Source of the DNA: Octopus sinensis
Lineage: Eukaryota
Reading direction: 5' to 3'
Assembly: GCF_006345805.1 (NCBI RefSeq)
Contig: NC_043015.1
Coordinates: forward strand, 42,470,001-42,534,000
DNA: 64,000 nucleotides
The notes beneath the pieces are model-generated. The model made no database searches. It saw only the letters and a program-made list of their open reading frames with translations, and had not been told where the DNA came from. Made by a program: the position numbers and the translations under genes. Below, in pieces: positions 26,809-40,360 of the stretch. Position 1 is the first letter of the stretch. Every line of letters begins with the position of its first letter.

Positions 26809-28130
26809 CAGGAATGTTGTCCTGAAAATAGTGCAAAAGTAGGCATAAATCTTTGGTATAGTAACTCTTCCTGTTCTTCTCCATTGCAAGCAAACAATGA
26901 GTTAACAGAAGAACTGTAGTGTACCATCTCCAAGTTGACAAAGGAATGGTGCAGGCTGCCCAACATCCACAGAAAGATATAAGTTGTTTATAGGGACAAC
27001 GCTACTGACAAAAGTAATGTGCTTAGAAGGATGAAGACGTTTGAAGAAGGGGAAACTGGATTTAAGACAAACCATGCAATGGAGGGCCATCACTATGACT
27101 ACCGACACAAATCGCTGGCATGTGGACAAGGCACAATCCATGAGCTTGGGAAGTCTGCTCTTATTTGATGAAAGCATTTAAGAGTGAAGACAGGTTTTTT
27201 GAGGGGTTTTTTTCTTCCTTCCTATGTGGTGATAGAGGATGGAAAATGGCTGTTTCTTTATGATATAGAAACAAAGGCTCAGTCCATGGAATGGTGCCAC
27301 ATGTTCTACAAGGCTTAAGAAGCTCAAGAGCCAGTCACGATGAGGGTATCATCTTCCTTGGTACTGGTACACTGAGACATCCAAAAAGCATAGAGAAGCC
27401 ATCAAGGAAAAAGAGACCAAACAAGAATCTGTAAGCAATACATTCACTAGGACTACACACATATCAAGCAATCAGCAAATTCGACTGGTCATAATCCCCT
27501 ACCCACCATTTCTGGCCTCCGTGCTGGTGGCACGTAAAAAAACACCATTTGAGCGGGATCATTACCAACATCGCCTTACTGGCACCTGTGCTGGTGGCAT
27601 GTGTAAAAAGATTCAAGCGAGGTCGTTGCCAGTGCCGCCTGACTGGCACGTAAAATCACCCACTGCACTCTTAGAGTGGTCGGCATTAGGAAGGGCATCC
27701 AGCTATAGAAACTCTGCCAGATCAAGATTGAAGCCTGGTGCAGCCATCTGGTTCACCAGACCTCAGTCATACGTCCAACCCATGCTAGCATGGAAAGCGG
27801 ATGCTAAACGATGATGATGATGATGATGATCTGGACTCCATCTGACTTCCAATCGTTTAGTCCAAGGAAGGACAGTCATCAGAGACAATGATCTGACGAC
27901 ACAGACAAAGTGAAAGTAGCTGTGAAGCAGTGGGTACAACGTTGCAAATCTGAATCTTTCAAAGAGGGATTGGGAACAGGGTTCGACAATGGCACAGATA
28001 CACGGCTTACAAGAGAGTTTGTGGAGTAGTAGCTTTTTAGAAGGGAAGGATAATCTATCAATATATGCAGTTTGAACAAACTATTTCAGATAATGAAAAA
28101 AGTTGTGCTCACTTTCGGGACAAACTGCAT
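26809..28130 (+). mobile_element. Decayed mariner transposon relic interrupted by a (GAT)n-tailed SINE (~27520-27830)
   Basis: Remnants YRDNATDKSNVLRRMKTFEEGETG, ...YDIETKAQSMEW, (L)TPSDF and VKVAVKQWVQ; degenerate TIRs ttgtcc(t/c)gaaa at both ends. Confidence 0.65.
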
Positions 28131-28144
28131 ATATTCATATACTA

Positions 28145-29000
28145 CATAGGGTGCGATGGGTAAATTGTTGCCATTTTATATCTTTAATTCCATGCATGCG
28201 CATTGTTTGTTTTTGATTTTGTCAACTACACAGTATAGTAGGGTCAGTTGGGCACCATCTGTGAGAAAAACAGCACCATGCCAGAAATTTGGAAATATGC
28301 TGTACTGTTTGGCATTTGCACCGGAAGCTCCAATATGAACATTTCAGAGTGTTTGGGTGTCAATCTGAGAACCTGTACCAAGAGTGATAAAAATCAAACA
28401 TCCAGTTAACATCATGGTATTTGGAGTGATCACTGGTGATGGCGACGTTATGCCTCCACTCATCTTCCCGCACAGCCTCAGACTCAACACATAGGCCTAC
28501 ATCAAGTAATGTGGAAGAGGTAATGCTGCCCTGAGTCAAGAGGGGTGGCTGCTGGAAGACCCTGTGTCTGGCAACAGGACTCTGCACCATGTCACACAAG
28601 CAGGAGAACCCAGTCAGGACTGTCAGACAATTTCTACCAACACATCACCCCTTACATCTGACTGCCTAACTCCCCAGACTGCAAACCCCTAGATTATCAT
28701 GTGTGGGGCACCGTTGAGCGAGAGACCAACAAAAGCCCCTGTAACACCAAAGATGAACTGAAGGCAAGGATTATGGCAGAATTCACCAACTTAAACAAGG
28801 AGACCGTTCAGAAGAGTTCCAGGAGATTCTGAAGTCGTCTGGAGGCCATGGTTGAAGCTGATGGTGAATTTGAATAAATTTATTCTTTAGTGTTTCAAGA
28901 TAGTTTTATGTTACATTGGTAAATGTATCTGTTAAAATGAGATGTCAGTGTTATTTTCATTTTTGTGTAATTCAGATGACAATTTATTTACCACACCCTG
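28145..29000 (+). mobile_element. Internally deleted DD37D (maT-type) Tc1/mariner element
   Basis: TIRs agggtgcgatgggtaaattgt / acaatttatttaccacaccctg. Transposase remnant KHPVNIMVFGVITGDGDVMPP...WQQDSAPCHT...NSPDCKPLDY, 37 residues between the 2nd and 3rd Asp; stops and frameshifts. Confidence 0.75.
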
Positions 29001-30249
29001 TATATGCACAAACATGTATGCACATATACATATATATATATATACATACACACACACACACACACACACATACATACATACATGAATACAAAAATACACA
29101 CACACACAGAAAAAAAGCATTAGGACCATGTAACCCATGCTAGCATGAAAGCCTATGAGTACAATGTGAAATAATGGTTTAAAATTTTGCCCCAAGGGCA
29201 GCAAATTTGGGGGAAGGACATGAGTTGATAACATCAAACTCCAGTGTACAACTGGTAGTTATTTTATCGACCCTGAAAAGACGAAAGGCAAAGTCGACCT
29301 CAGCGGGATTTGAACTCTGAACGTAAAGACGGGACGAAATGTCGCTAAGCATTATTGCCCAACGTGCCAAACGATTCTGCCAACTCATCGCCTTTACTAT
29401 GTGAAATAATGAATTGTGTTGCTATATAAGCATATACATCAACAAATACATATTATATAAATATATATATCGTATATACCCACACATATATGTACGTTGT
29501 ACATATATATATATATATCTATATCTATACATTCACGGACGAAAATACATATATATAGATATGTATACAATTGTGCGCGCGCTCTGCATATTTACAGTGG
29601 AATCGTCTTTTCGAAATGAGAGGAAGTTGGGGAAAAAAAAAGTGAGATTTTGTTTGATCTTCTCCCCTAAACCTTGGATGAACAAGAAAGTGAAACGAAA
29701 TGGGATGTTGTAGTGTTCATGCCTGCTTTTCAACGGGGAACCAGCAACACATATGGAGAGAGAAACCGGCTTGAAGATATATAAACGAACGTTTATCAAC
29801 CCGGATTGCCGGGTCGGGGAGAAGACAATGCAATTGCTCTTAGACTAAATAAATAACAATAATAATGGTCTTTAATTTAGAAACCAGCAATTTTGAAGGA
29901 AGGGAGTCAGTCGAAATCACCGACACCAGTATAAGACTGGTACTTCATATATATATATATATATATAATCTTCTTTCTACTAAAGGCACAAGGCCTGAAA
30001 CTTTCGGGGGAAGAGGCCAGTCGATATTATATCAACCCCGTGTGCGTGACTGGTACTTTGTATTATCGACGGCCCTGAAAGATTAAGTGCTAAGTTGAAA
30101 ATGTGAGATTCGAACTCAGAACACGAAGAACGGGAAGAAATAAAGCAAAGCAATTTTTTCCCACGACGACGCTCTTAAAACGATTTTCTTTCTACCAGCC
30201 AGCCCACCTCAATATTATTACTAACAATAATTTTAACCAGGCACAATGC

Positions 30250-30259
30250 ATATATATAT

Positions 30260-30302
<43 letters not shown>

Positions 30303-30304
30303 TA

Positions 30305-30388
<84 letters not shown>

Positions 30389-30565
30389 CATACACATACA
30401 TACATATACATACATACATATACATACATACATACACATACATACATACATACATATACATACATACATACACATACATACATATACATACATACATACA
30501 TATACATACATACATATACATACATACATATACATACATATACATACATACATATACATACATAT

Positions 30566-30605
<40 letters not shown>

Positions 30606-30625
30606 TATATATATATTTATATATC
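30250..30625. repeat. (AT)n/(ATAC)n microsatellite field; similar fields at 1-410, 15570-16015, 16750-17230 and 17820-18915
   Basis: Read directly from the sequence. Confidence 0.95.
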
Positions 30626-32690
30626 ATGTATGAACAGAATTTGCTATCGAATCGCGGGCCCTTGTATCCGTGGCTGGCAATTTATTTCATCGATGTGAAA
30701 AATAAATGTCAAAAAAAGCCGAAAATAATGGTGATAATGATTTTCTAATAGAGAGAGACAGAGATACAATTTTGAGTGCAACGGTGTAAATGTCAGTCGA
30801 AAGTAATTAGACAATCCGTATTTAGTTGGTACTTTTACTTTTAATCAATCCCAGAAGGACGGACGAAAGATATAAACAACAGCCAACCAACCTCGACGAG
30901 ATTCGAACTAATAATTAATTAACGACGGTAACGATTTGTTATATTTTGCCACAAGGGCCCCCAAATATACTGAGGACAATGTCAAAGGATTAAGATGCAA
31001 GACACGAATAGATGGGTTTACATCGATCAAAGGGAGACGTTTGCAACTATAAGAAGGTAACAAAATGATATAAAAATAGGATTAAGCAATCTAGATAATT
31101 AGTAAATAGGATCCCCAAAAGGCGGGATCATCCACCTAGAAGTAGGTAATTCGAGGTGAAAAGTCCCGGATTATCCTTGCCTTCTCCAAGCAAGGCATGG
31201 AAAGTGCCATCTTTCTTCCTACTTAATAAATAATCCTTTCTAATATGAGCACAAGGCCTGGATTTTGTGGGGAGGAGGGCAGTCGATTGCATCGACCCCC
31301 AGTACTTGACTGGTTCTTAATTTATCAATTAAGGATGAAAGGCAAGGTCGACCCTCAATGGAATTTGAACTCAGAACGTAGAGGTAGATAGATGAAATAC
31401 CGCTAAGCATTTCGTCCGTTTGTGGTTTAGGCACAAGGCCAGCAATTTTGAAGGGAGACGATTTGTCTCCAGTATATTATCGGCTTCAGGTACCTCACCT
31501 ACCTTCATTATATTATCCCCAAAGAAGAATCAAAAGGCCAAGTAAATCTCAGCAGGGTTTTGATCTTAGAACGTAAAAGGACCAGGGGAGAAAAAAAAAA
31601 TAAAAAGAGAAAGAGCTATTGTCAGGCATTTTCCAACGCTTCAACCATTCTGCCAACTAAATAATAATAATAATGATGATAATGATCATGATGAGTTTGT
31701 TTCTGATACAGACACAAAGTCTGAAATTTAGGGAAAGGGAATTAGTCGATTGCATAGGCCTAGTGCATCTCTGATACTTTATTTTATCGACCCTTGAAAT
31801 GCAAAGCTGGCCCCGGTAAGATTCGATCTCAGAACCGCAAAGAAGAAGAAGAAATACCAAAAGGTATCTTTTTCCCAACGCTTTAACGATTCCGCCAGCG
31901 AAATCCTAATAATAGTAATAATAGCTTCTAATTTAGGTATAAAATTCGCGATTTTAAAAGAAGGTGGTTAGTCGATACCATCAATTCTCCCCCACCAGTA
32001 TTTGGCTGGTATATTTTGTGGGCTCCCGAGGGATGATGAGTGGAGCTGACCTCGGTGGGGTTTGAACCCAGATCGTTGTGATAAGCTTTGGGTATGTAAT
32101 GAGAAGGTGAAAAAAAAAATAATAGGCGATCTTAATAATAAAGGGAATCTTTAAAGTGAAAGGGGTTGACAATATATTCGGGAAATAGCTGAGGTATAAA
32201 GATATATTATATTATAATACAAATAAACAAGCATTTTGGTCATTGAAGGGGAATAGAGGAGAGAAAAAAAACAGGTATGATGTGTAAGTGGGGACATAAT
32301 GAGGGATAATAAGGGACACGGATGGAAAATAGAAGGGGTCAGAAAGGGGGAAATCGAACAAAGGAGCGCCAAGGATTTATTAGGGATCGAACTATGGAAT
32401 TGTAAACATGCGAGTCTCTTGGATTCTTGTGCCGGCATAATAATAATAATGAAGGGGGATGAGGGAGAGGACTAAAGAGAATGAAAGAGAAAGCGATGCC
32501 AGGGATATTAGATAGACACATAGGTGTAGAGAGAGGGGGTGGAGAAAGACTAGTGGTAGCGAGAGAGTAGGAGGAAGGGGAGGGCGCTCTTTTTCTGCCA
32601 TATTGAAAAACTAGGCAGAAAAATGTTTGGGTTTTTGGATTTGAAAAGACAATTGGGGGGGATTTGTGTGTGGTTGCGAGAAATGCTTAC

Positions 32691-32770
32691 CTTCCGTAAA
32701 TGCTATCAGTTATTTTGCTGCGCTTCACCGGGCGCCGCAGTTTGCCACTCTCGGCATTCCGTCTCTTCAT
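32691..32770 (-). CDS. MACO1: Macoilin (TMEM57) first coding exon
   Basis: Reverse complement reads MKRRNAESGKLRRPVKRSKITDSIYG+AG, closely matching the macoilin N-terminus (MKRRNADCSKLRRPLKRNRITEGIYG); followed by a GTAAGC donor. No later exons found in the window. Confidence 0.9.
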
Positions 32771-32949
32771 ATTCCAATACGAACCGATGTTTTCTCTCCT
32801 TTCTTTCAAGCGAGCTAGCTTAGAAATGACAAAACAACAACACTCTGTATGTGTGAGTGTGTCTGTGTCTGTGTGCGTATGCGTATACGTACGCGTATGT
32901 ATCTACGTATGCGTGAGTGTGTGTGCGCTGCTGTACGTATGCGTATGTA

Positions 32950-32983
<34 letters not shown>

Positions 32984-33527
32984 AGCTTATTGTAATTGAT
33001 TGTTTTTGTTGTTATTTTTTTTTCCTCAGCAGCAGCAGTTTTTTGTTTGTCTGTTTGTTTTGTTTGTTTGTTTTTTTCTGGGGGGGGTTTAATTTTGCTA
33101 AAAAAAAAATTCGTTAGCAAAAGTTTAAAATTTTTCCTCCTTCACGTTAAAAACTCTCAACTAATTTTCCGCAAATAAACATTAAGAATAAACGTTAAAA
33201 GAAGAAGAAGAAAAAAAACAGAAAACAAGAAGAAACAAGACAAAAATATATTCCAACGAGACTTCGTACGAGATCCTGTCGCGTTAGTTTGACGTAAAAA
33301 CAACCATTCTCTCAACAGCGTCTATTGCAATACACGGAAACTTCCGTAAACCCAACATTCGCTGCGTCAATTTCCGTATCCTTCCGTAACCCAACTTCGT
33401 TAAACATCGTCACTTTCCGTCGCCGCTTCACGAATATTCTGTATTAAATCATTTTTTCCTTCATTTTATCCGAAAATTTCTCTCTCTCCGAAATTCTTCG
33501 ACTCTTCGCAATTATTTCCCTCTCACC
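32771..33527. promoter_or_regulatory. Bidirectional promoter / 5' UTR interval between MACO1 and CCT8
   Basis: 757 bp between divergent ATGs; CpG-retaining. ETS-like (C/T)TTCCGT motifs at 33341, 33371, 33381 and 33414; near-palindrome ACGGAAACTTCCGT at 33334-33347; TGACGTAA at 33290. Confidence 0.7.
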
Positions 33528-33587
33528 ATGGCACTACACGTACCAAAAGCACCCGGCTTCTCGTCTATGTTGAAAGAGGGTGCCAGG
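33528..33587 (+). CDS. CCT8: T-complex protein 1 subunit theta, coding exon 1 of 17
   Basis: Translates to MALHVPKAPGFSSMLKEGAR, matching the known CCT8 N-terminus (MALHVPKAPGFAQMLKEGAK); followed by a GTAAGT donor. Confidence 0.98.
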
Positions 33588-34524
33588 GTAAGTTCACGAG
33601 TTAATTTTCGAGGGTTTTTACTTAAAAATTTCACGCTCAAACTTAAAAAAGACCATGTGAGCAATCCTTAATTAATATCCAATTAGCGATGCTTGCCTTG
33701 TTTATTTCCCCAATTACCTACATTGTTTTAATTAATTCTCAGCACAGTTTTATTCTATGATGTCCCCTCTATTACTTAAAAACATATTTCGACAATAAAT
33801 TACCAGATAAGACCTTAATTTATTAAATAAAACCCATTTTTTCTTCCCCCGTCCCAAATGGCCGGGCGTGATGAAAAATGCCTCCTTCATAATTAATATT
33901 TGAACTATGCGGCCTCTTATTCATGTTTCTATTATAATTTGTACCCATTTTTATTTACTACATTCATAGATATGTCTTTTTAAAATGTTAAAATAATGTC
34001 ATCTGATGACTACATGTTCTTGATTTTGTCTGCTGAGTCATTTATGCGGGTCGTGAAGTTACCCATTCATGGAAATCAAGAAGGCACCACATGGCATGAC
34101 ATCTCATATGCATTGCTCAACCGCTGAATCACATCTTTTTAAAAAAAACTTTATTTTAAATTTTGCATTCTAACACCAGTCCAGCATCTCAATATATTGC
34201 TTAATATCATCATCATTTACTCATTATGTCAAGATGCTTGGTTAAAAATATTAAGTTTGGTCCCGGTTCTCCCTTCCCCGCCATTTTTGCCCCCTCTTTT
34301 TACTTTATTTTATTTCCTAACGTTTGATGACATGAAATATATACATATATATATATATATGCACCGGAGTAAGCATAATAAATGTGAAACAAGGTGGAAA
34401 AAAGGAGTACTCAAATACCAGGGGTAGAGTAATGTGCTTTGTTAAAAACTGTCCGACGAACGGGAACGTGAAACTCAGAGTAACAGGTTTTGTTGAATTT
34501 CTGCTGCTTTGAAATAAACTATAC

Positions 34525-34737
34525 TCTTTTACTTGTTTCAGTCATTTGACTGCGGCCATGCTGGAGCACCGCCTTTAATCGAGCAACTCGACCCCGGGAC
34601 TTATTCTTTTGTAAGCCCAGTACTTATTCTATCGGTCTCTTATGCCGAACCGCTAAGTGACGGGGACGTAAACACACCAGCATCGGTTGTCAAGCAATGC
34701 TAGGGGGACAAACACAGACATACACACATACATATAT

Positions 34738-34775
<38 letters not shown>

Positions 34776-34820
34776 GACAGGCTTCTTTTCAGTTTCCGTC
34801 TACCAAATCCACTCACAAAT
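34525..34820 (-). mobile_element. 5'-truncated tRNA/CORE-type SINE in CCT8 intron 1
   Basis: 3' part of the family consensus, ending at aaatccactcacaa. Confidence 0.8.
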
Positions 34821-36049
34821 CCACCCGGTCTGTTTGGATGATGTGGCTGTGATTGTTTTTTGGTTAGGCATAATCTATAATAGTGTTTCTCACCCATATC
34901 ATTTCGGGTCCCCTGAATCGATTTTCTCGGTAACTATGGGGGCTAGGAAAAAAGCACAAACCACATTCCAATCTATGCACTCGTCTCTACATGTGTGCCA
35001 TTTTTCATCGAATCCACCCAGCCGTTTGGCTGTGAACCTCAAGACAAGAAAGAATACAACGATCGCCCATGTCCAATTTATATTATAGAATATATACACA
35101 TATATAAAATCAGGGTTCTTCTCGATCAGTCATGAGCAAACAGTGGCTCGTCTGATTAATGATTTATGTTTCATGCGGTTCGCTTCTTGAAAAACATAGT
35201 CTCTTGTCCTGCCAGAAATACTAGCCACATCACACTATATACCTTGTCATGGTAACGAATGGGACCCTTTTTTATGGCGGGTCTGTTCGATCAGGGTTGC
35301 CCTAAACAAAAAACAAGATGTGTAGTGAAATGACGATACACATATTACTAAGAAGACAAAATGACCGGCGATTTTCTTGGTTGTTTTGCTCTTTAATTTT
35401 ACCGGGATCGATAAAATGAAGTACCTTTAATATGCTGCCGATTAACTTTTCTCGTGCCCTTATTAAAAATTTTCTGAAGTGACCGGACCCTTATCTTATA
35501 AAATAAGTTATGGGATTTCTGAGGGAAAAGCCATCACCTCGGTTCTAGCTTTTTCTTGCTTGTAATGAAAGCAGTTTATTTCGAAAAATGCAGCAATTTT
35601 TATGCCAAATATCTCGAAAATTTCTTGTAAAATCACCAGTGTTGAGTTATATTAGCAGTGGTTACTAATAATTGCTTAAGTTCTTGTATCTTTGCACGTG
35701 GTTAGTTTTGACGATTACCCAACCGGTTCAGCTCGTCTGTCTTTGGGAGATATGATTGCTTGTATGAATGAATAACCGTCTGATTTATTCAAAGTTACAG
35801 GACTTGTGATATTGACCATAGGGTCTGAGTTGCTGCAGAGATAGCTTTTATGTTCTTGTTGAAAGTAAATTAAAGTAGTTGGCGTAAGGAAGGGTTTCTA
35901 GAACTGCTTTATGCTATTTAATAAAAGGGGAAGAAAACGGCGTTAATTTGTTTAAAAAGCAATGAATGGTTATATTTAAACATTTAATAACCTGCTCGTA
36001 ATTGTAGCAGTTTTCCCTCAAATGATAACGTCACCATCTTGAAAAAAGA

Positions 36050-36850
36050 TTTAATCGGGTAACGTTGTGGAGGAGACAATCTCCAGACACTTAGAAAGGA
36101 TGGCTTTTTTATTTTATTAATTTCTTCTGTTCTGAGATTGATGTTGACATGTCTCCAAAAGTCCTTGTCAATTAGAAACCAACCATCTGAGCCTTTCCAA
36201 GTCATAGACACCTACATTGTTGTAGTCATCACCATGATTGTGCAAGCTCATCAGGGACCAGTACCTACCTGGCATTGAAATCGTCTCTGATAGAACTGAT
36301 AGAAGGCTCTTCAACTTCACAGACTAAGGCAACGGCCACATTGCTGCTAGGTTTGTTAACGCCCAACATTACTGCAAACTTGTAAGTAAATCCGACAGTC
36401 ATCCTTTAGGTATTTGATAAAATGCATTTCTATTTTGGACTGAACGTCAATCCTAAGCTGTTGTGTATTGACCTTCAAGTGCTTTCATTTACAGTAGATA
36501 GAGAGGCTCTCAAAAGTGTTGACCACTTACCATATTTCTCCCCGCCGGGAGGCATGTTACTTTCCGTGCCGGTGGCTCGTAAAAAGCACCCACTACACTC
36601 ACGGAGCGATTGGCGTTAGGAAGGGCATCCAACTGTAGAAACATTGCCAGATCAGACTGGGCCTGGTGCAGCCTCCTGGCTTCCCAGACCCCAGTCGAAC
36701 CGTCCAACCCATGCTAGCATGGAGAGCGGACGTTAAACGACGATGATGATGATGCTGACATTGATGGCAAGATTCAGAACAAACTTGACTGTGTTAGAGC
36801 AGCCTTTGGATGCTTAATGGTAAGAATCTTCAAGAACTGAGGTCAAGGCT
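36050..36850 (+). pseudogene. Decayed RTE-type LINE RT fragment interrupted by a SINE (36560-36755)
   Basis: Remnants DRRLFN, FGLNVNPK, TVDREALKSVDHLPY and IDGKIQNKLDCVRAAFGCL. Confidence 0.6.
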
Positions 36851-38340
36851 GACTTGGGCTAAACAGCAACAAACATGTACAAAAGATTAAAATTAAGTAA
36901 CCAGACTGTAAGATTTTGCAAAGTTAGGAGTGGTGCAGTAAGGAGGAAACTTCTGCAAATGGTTGCAGCTGGTACATTTCTAGGTTTGACTGCAAATTGT
37001 GCAAGTCTGTCTAAGTACTGAAATTGAATATCTAGATGAAATATGAGAAGGACATTCAATCATAGAAGCCATGTCAAAATCTGACCTACGAGTGTGTTTG
37101 TCAGATCCTACCAAACTATCCAACACATTCTAGCATGGAAGATTGATGTTAAAAGATGTTGATGATATTCGCGGAAGAGATGATTAATGATAGGTAAAAA
37201 AAAATGTGCTGTTTTCTGAGCATGAAGATCTGGCATCTGATTTGGCTGTTGGGGGTTGTGGAATATTATTCAGCAAGTCAGTTGTGATACCAAATAATTT
37301 GAGCAGCAAACTCTTGTTCATTAATTGATTCTTGGTATTATAGATCAAACAGCTAAAAATCCATTGGTTTTTTTTTCTTTTCTTTTTTTCTTCCAGCAAC
37401 TGGCTTGCTCCTACAAGACTGTTCACACCTAAAAAGTACTTAATCGCTCTAGATATGGTATATCTCAACAGCCTAGTTTATAGATAGGTAGACTCTTGGA
37501 CAGAGTGGACGATTATTGAAGAGGTTGCAAGACACAAAAAAAAAAATTTTTTTTTAAATTGAGTAAACGAGTGGAAATCAAATCAGTGAGTGTGTTAAAT
37601 AATAAGGCACTAAAAGAGAATGACTCTCCCCAGACACAATAGAAAAGTTTAACTGTTACACTGAATCATGCTTGTTCATCAAATGTCACTGTCTTATTTT
37701 TTTTTTTTTTAAATAGCAATTTTTAAATAATATACAAGTGTCAAGTAACCCTGTGAAGGAGCTGAACAGGACAAATGATCTTTATTTAACTTGTATAAAA
37801 GCTTCTTTGTAAAAATCAACAGAAGACAAAGACTTAACCCTTTAGTGTTCAGATTATTCTTTCAAACATAATGCCTATTGATTCACATTGATTTGAATTA
37901 ATCATGCATTATCTTATATCTTCAAGATCTTGATGGTGTAATTACTTAATGTTGAATAACATTGTAGGGTAGGTGTGAGGGCCTGGATCTGGTCAGTTTG
38001 AACAAAAACAGATTAAATTTTTTGGCCGGATATGGCCAGTTTAAATACTAAAGGGTTAAGAGTGCTGCTGTAGAGAACTACCGTGTAAAACTAAGAAATA
38101 GAATCTATGATATCCATTTTGCTTTCATTCATTCCTTACTTTCATAAACTGAAAGGACTCGTCAATTTCTTATTAAATTTAGATGTTCATTTTGATATTG
38201 AGATTGCATCCCTAAGTTCCGTGTACATTTTTAGATGTTCAAAATTAATAAAACGTTTTTGTCTTTTCAGAGTTATTGGTTTTTCTTTCCTGTTCATTAA
38301 TAATCTGGAACTTAATTTGTGTTTAATTTTATTTTAACAG

Positions 38341-38431
38341 CATTATATGGGCCTTGAAGAAGCTATCTATAGAAATATTGATGCTTGTAAAGAGATAGCG
38401 AAAACAACCAGGTCTGCTTATGGTCCTCATG
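38341..38431 (+). CDS. CCT8: CCT8 exon 2
   Basis: ttttaacAG acceptor; HYMGLEEAIYRNIDACKEIAKTTRSAYGPH+G; GTAAG donor. Confidence 0.97.
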
Positions 38432-38947
38432 GTAAGATGTAATACAGTTTCTCTATACTTTGAAAAGAACTGGTCAATTTGAATGGTAGACCTAATTGTC
38501 TTTCTGGTCTGCATAACCATCTAGCTTTTTGGTACATGGTATTGGGGGCATTTGTGTTAATTATTTGCTCGCAGGATAACTTTGTCTTCCATTCTTGAAG
38601 GCTTTGGGACTCATAGGTACTGCCTTTCTTTCTCAGGTAAAATATTCCTTACACAGTATTATTTTGTAGTCCATGTCTCTGTAGTCTTTGATTTGCTTGT
38701 TGCAGAGTTCCTACCATAATTTTTAAGAAATGTGGTGGTAAACTAGCTGTGGAAGGTAGGGACGCCATCCCTGAGACCTCTTTTGGAGCCTCCTACCTAA
38801 TTAAGAAAATTGAGATCAGATTGTTTTGTTGGTTCTTGACGATAGAGAAAAAAAATAAGCATTTAAATTTCAAATTGTAATTAATATTTCACATTTTGCA
38901 TATTTATTAGCTTTCCTCTTTTTTTTTTTATTTATTTACTTTTGCAG

Positions 38948-39027
38948 GTCAGAATAAAATGATCATTAACCACATTGAGAAACTATTTGTCACCAATGAT
39001 GCTGCTACAATTCTTAACGAGTTATCT
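38948..39027 (+). CDS. CCT8: CCT8 exon 3
   Basis: tttgcAG acceptor; (G)QNKMIINHIEKLFVTNDAATILNELS, with the chaperonin TNDAATIL motif; GTAAGT donor. Confidence 0.97.
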
Positions 39028-39997
39028 GTAAGTTCTAGAACAACGTTTGAAATTAATATTCTTAAATGCTTAATGAAATTAGTGCAGATGTGTTTCTTCT
39101 GGTGTTTTGTAATTATGTCTTGAATGGCATATTCTTCTCTTCTTTTAATTGTTTTAGTCATTTAACTGCAGCCATGCTGGAGCACTGCCTTTAGTTTAAT
39201 AAATCAACTCCAGGACTTATTCTTTGTAAGCCTAGTACTTATTCTATCAGTTTCTTTTGCGAAACCACTAAGTTATGGGGACGTAAATATACCATCAGTT
39301 GTCAAGCAGGTGGGGTGGGTACAAATATGTGTTTGTGATGGACTTCTTTCAGTTTCCGTCTACTAAATCCACTCAAGGCTTTTAGAAGACACTTGCCCAA
39401 GGTACCATTCAGTGTTACTGAACCCAGAACCATGTGGTTAGGAAGCAAGCTTCTTACCACACAGCCACTCTTGCATCTATTGATAAGAGGAAAAGAACTC
39501 CAAATTGGTACATGACCTATTATATAGTAAACAAATTTCTTTCTAATTGCACCCTACCTTGGAAAATGTAGTCCTGAGTGTGTGTGTGTGTGTATATAGA
39601 CACATTCTCGGGTGCAATCTCAAACACCCAATGTGTATGTCATAGCTATGTAATTAAGAACCTTTGCTCCCCATTGTTTTGCAACATAGGCAAGTGTCTT
39701 CTGCTATAGTTCCGGGCCAACTAAGTAAGTTATTAGAAAATTACTATTTTTTAAATCACACAACAAGAGATATTCAGCAACAGTACTTTGGAGTAAAGAT
39801 TTTTGCCAACATAACATGACAGTCCTGGTTTAGGATGAATGTTACTGTAATTTAGCCCCAGGAGACATCATCTCCAGCTGGGGCTAAATTACAGCAACAT
39901 TCGTCCTAAACCAGGATTACCATGTTATGTTGGCAAAAATCTCTTAAGTTGGTTATGCTTCAACAATACGCAAAATATTACAATTTTTCTTTCTATG

Positions 39998-40360
39998 AAG
40001 TGGTTGTGTGGTAAGAAGCTTGCTTCCCAACCATTTCGTTTTGGGTTCAGTCCCACTGTGTGGCACCATGGCAAGTGTCTTCTACTATAGCTTTGGGCCA
40101 ATCAAGACCTTATGAGTGGATTTGGTGGATGGAAACTGAAAGAAGCCTGTCATGTGTGTGTGTGTGTTTGTCCTCCCATTATCGCTTGACAACTAATATT
40201 GGTGTGTTTATGTCCCTGTAACTTAGTGGTTAGGCAAAAGAGATTGATAGAATAAGTGTTAGTCTTAGAAAGAATAAGTACTGGGATCTATTTGACTGAA
40301 GGCAGTGCTCCAGCATGGCTGCAGATAAATGACTGAAACAAGTAAAAGAATAAAGAATAG
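39998..40360 (+). mobile_element. tRNA/CORE-type SINE in CCT8 intron 3
   Basis: Family head, core and tail present; an opposite-orientation copy lies at ~39140-39470. Confidence 0.75.
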
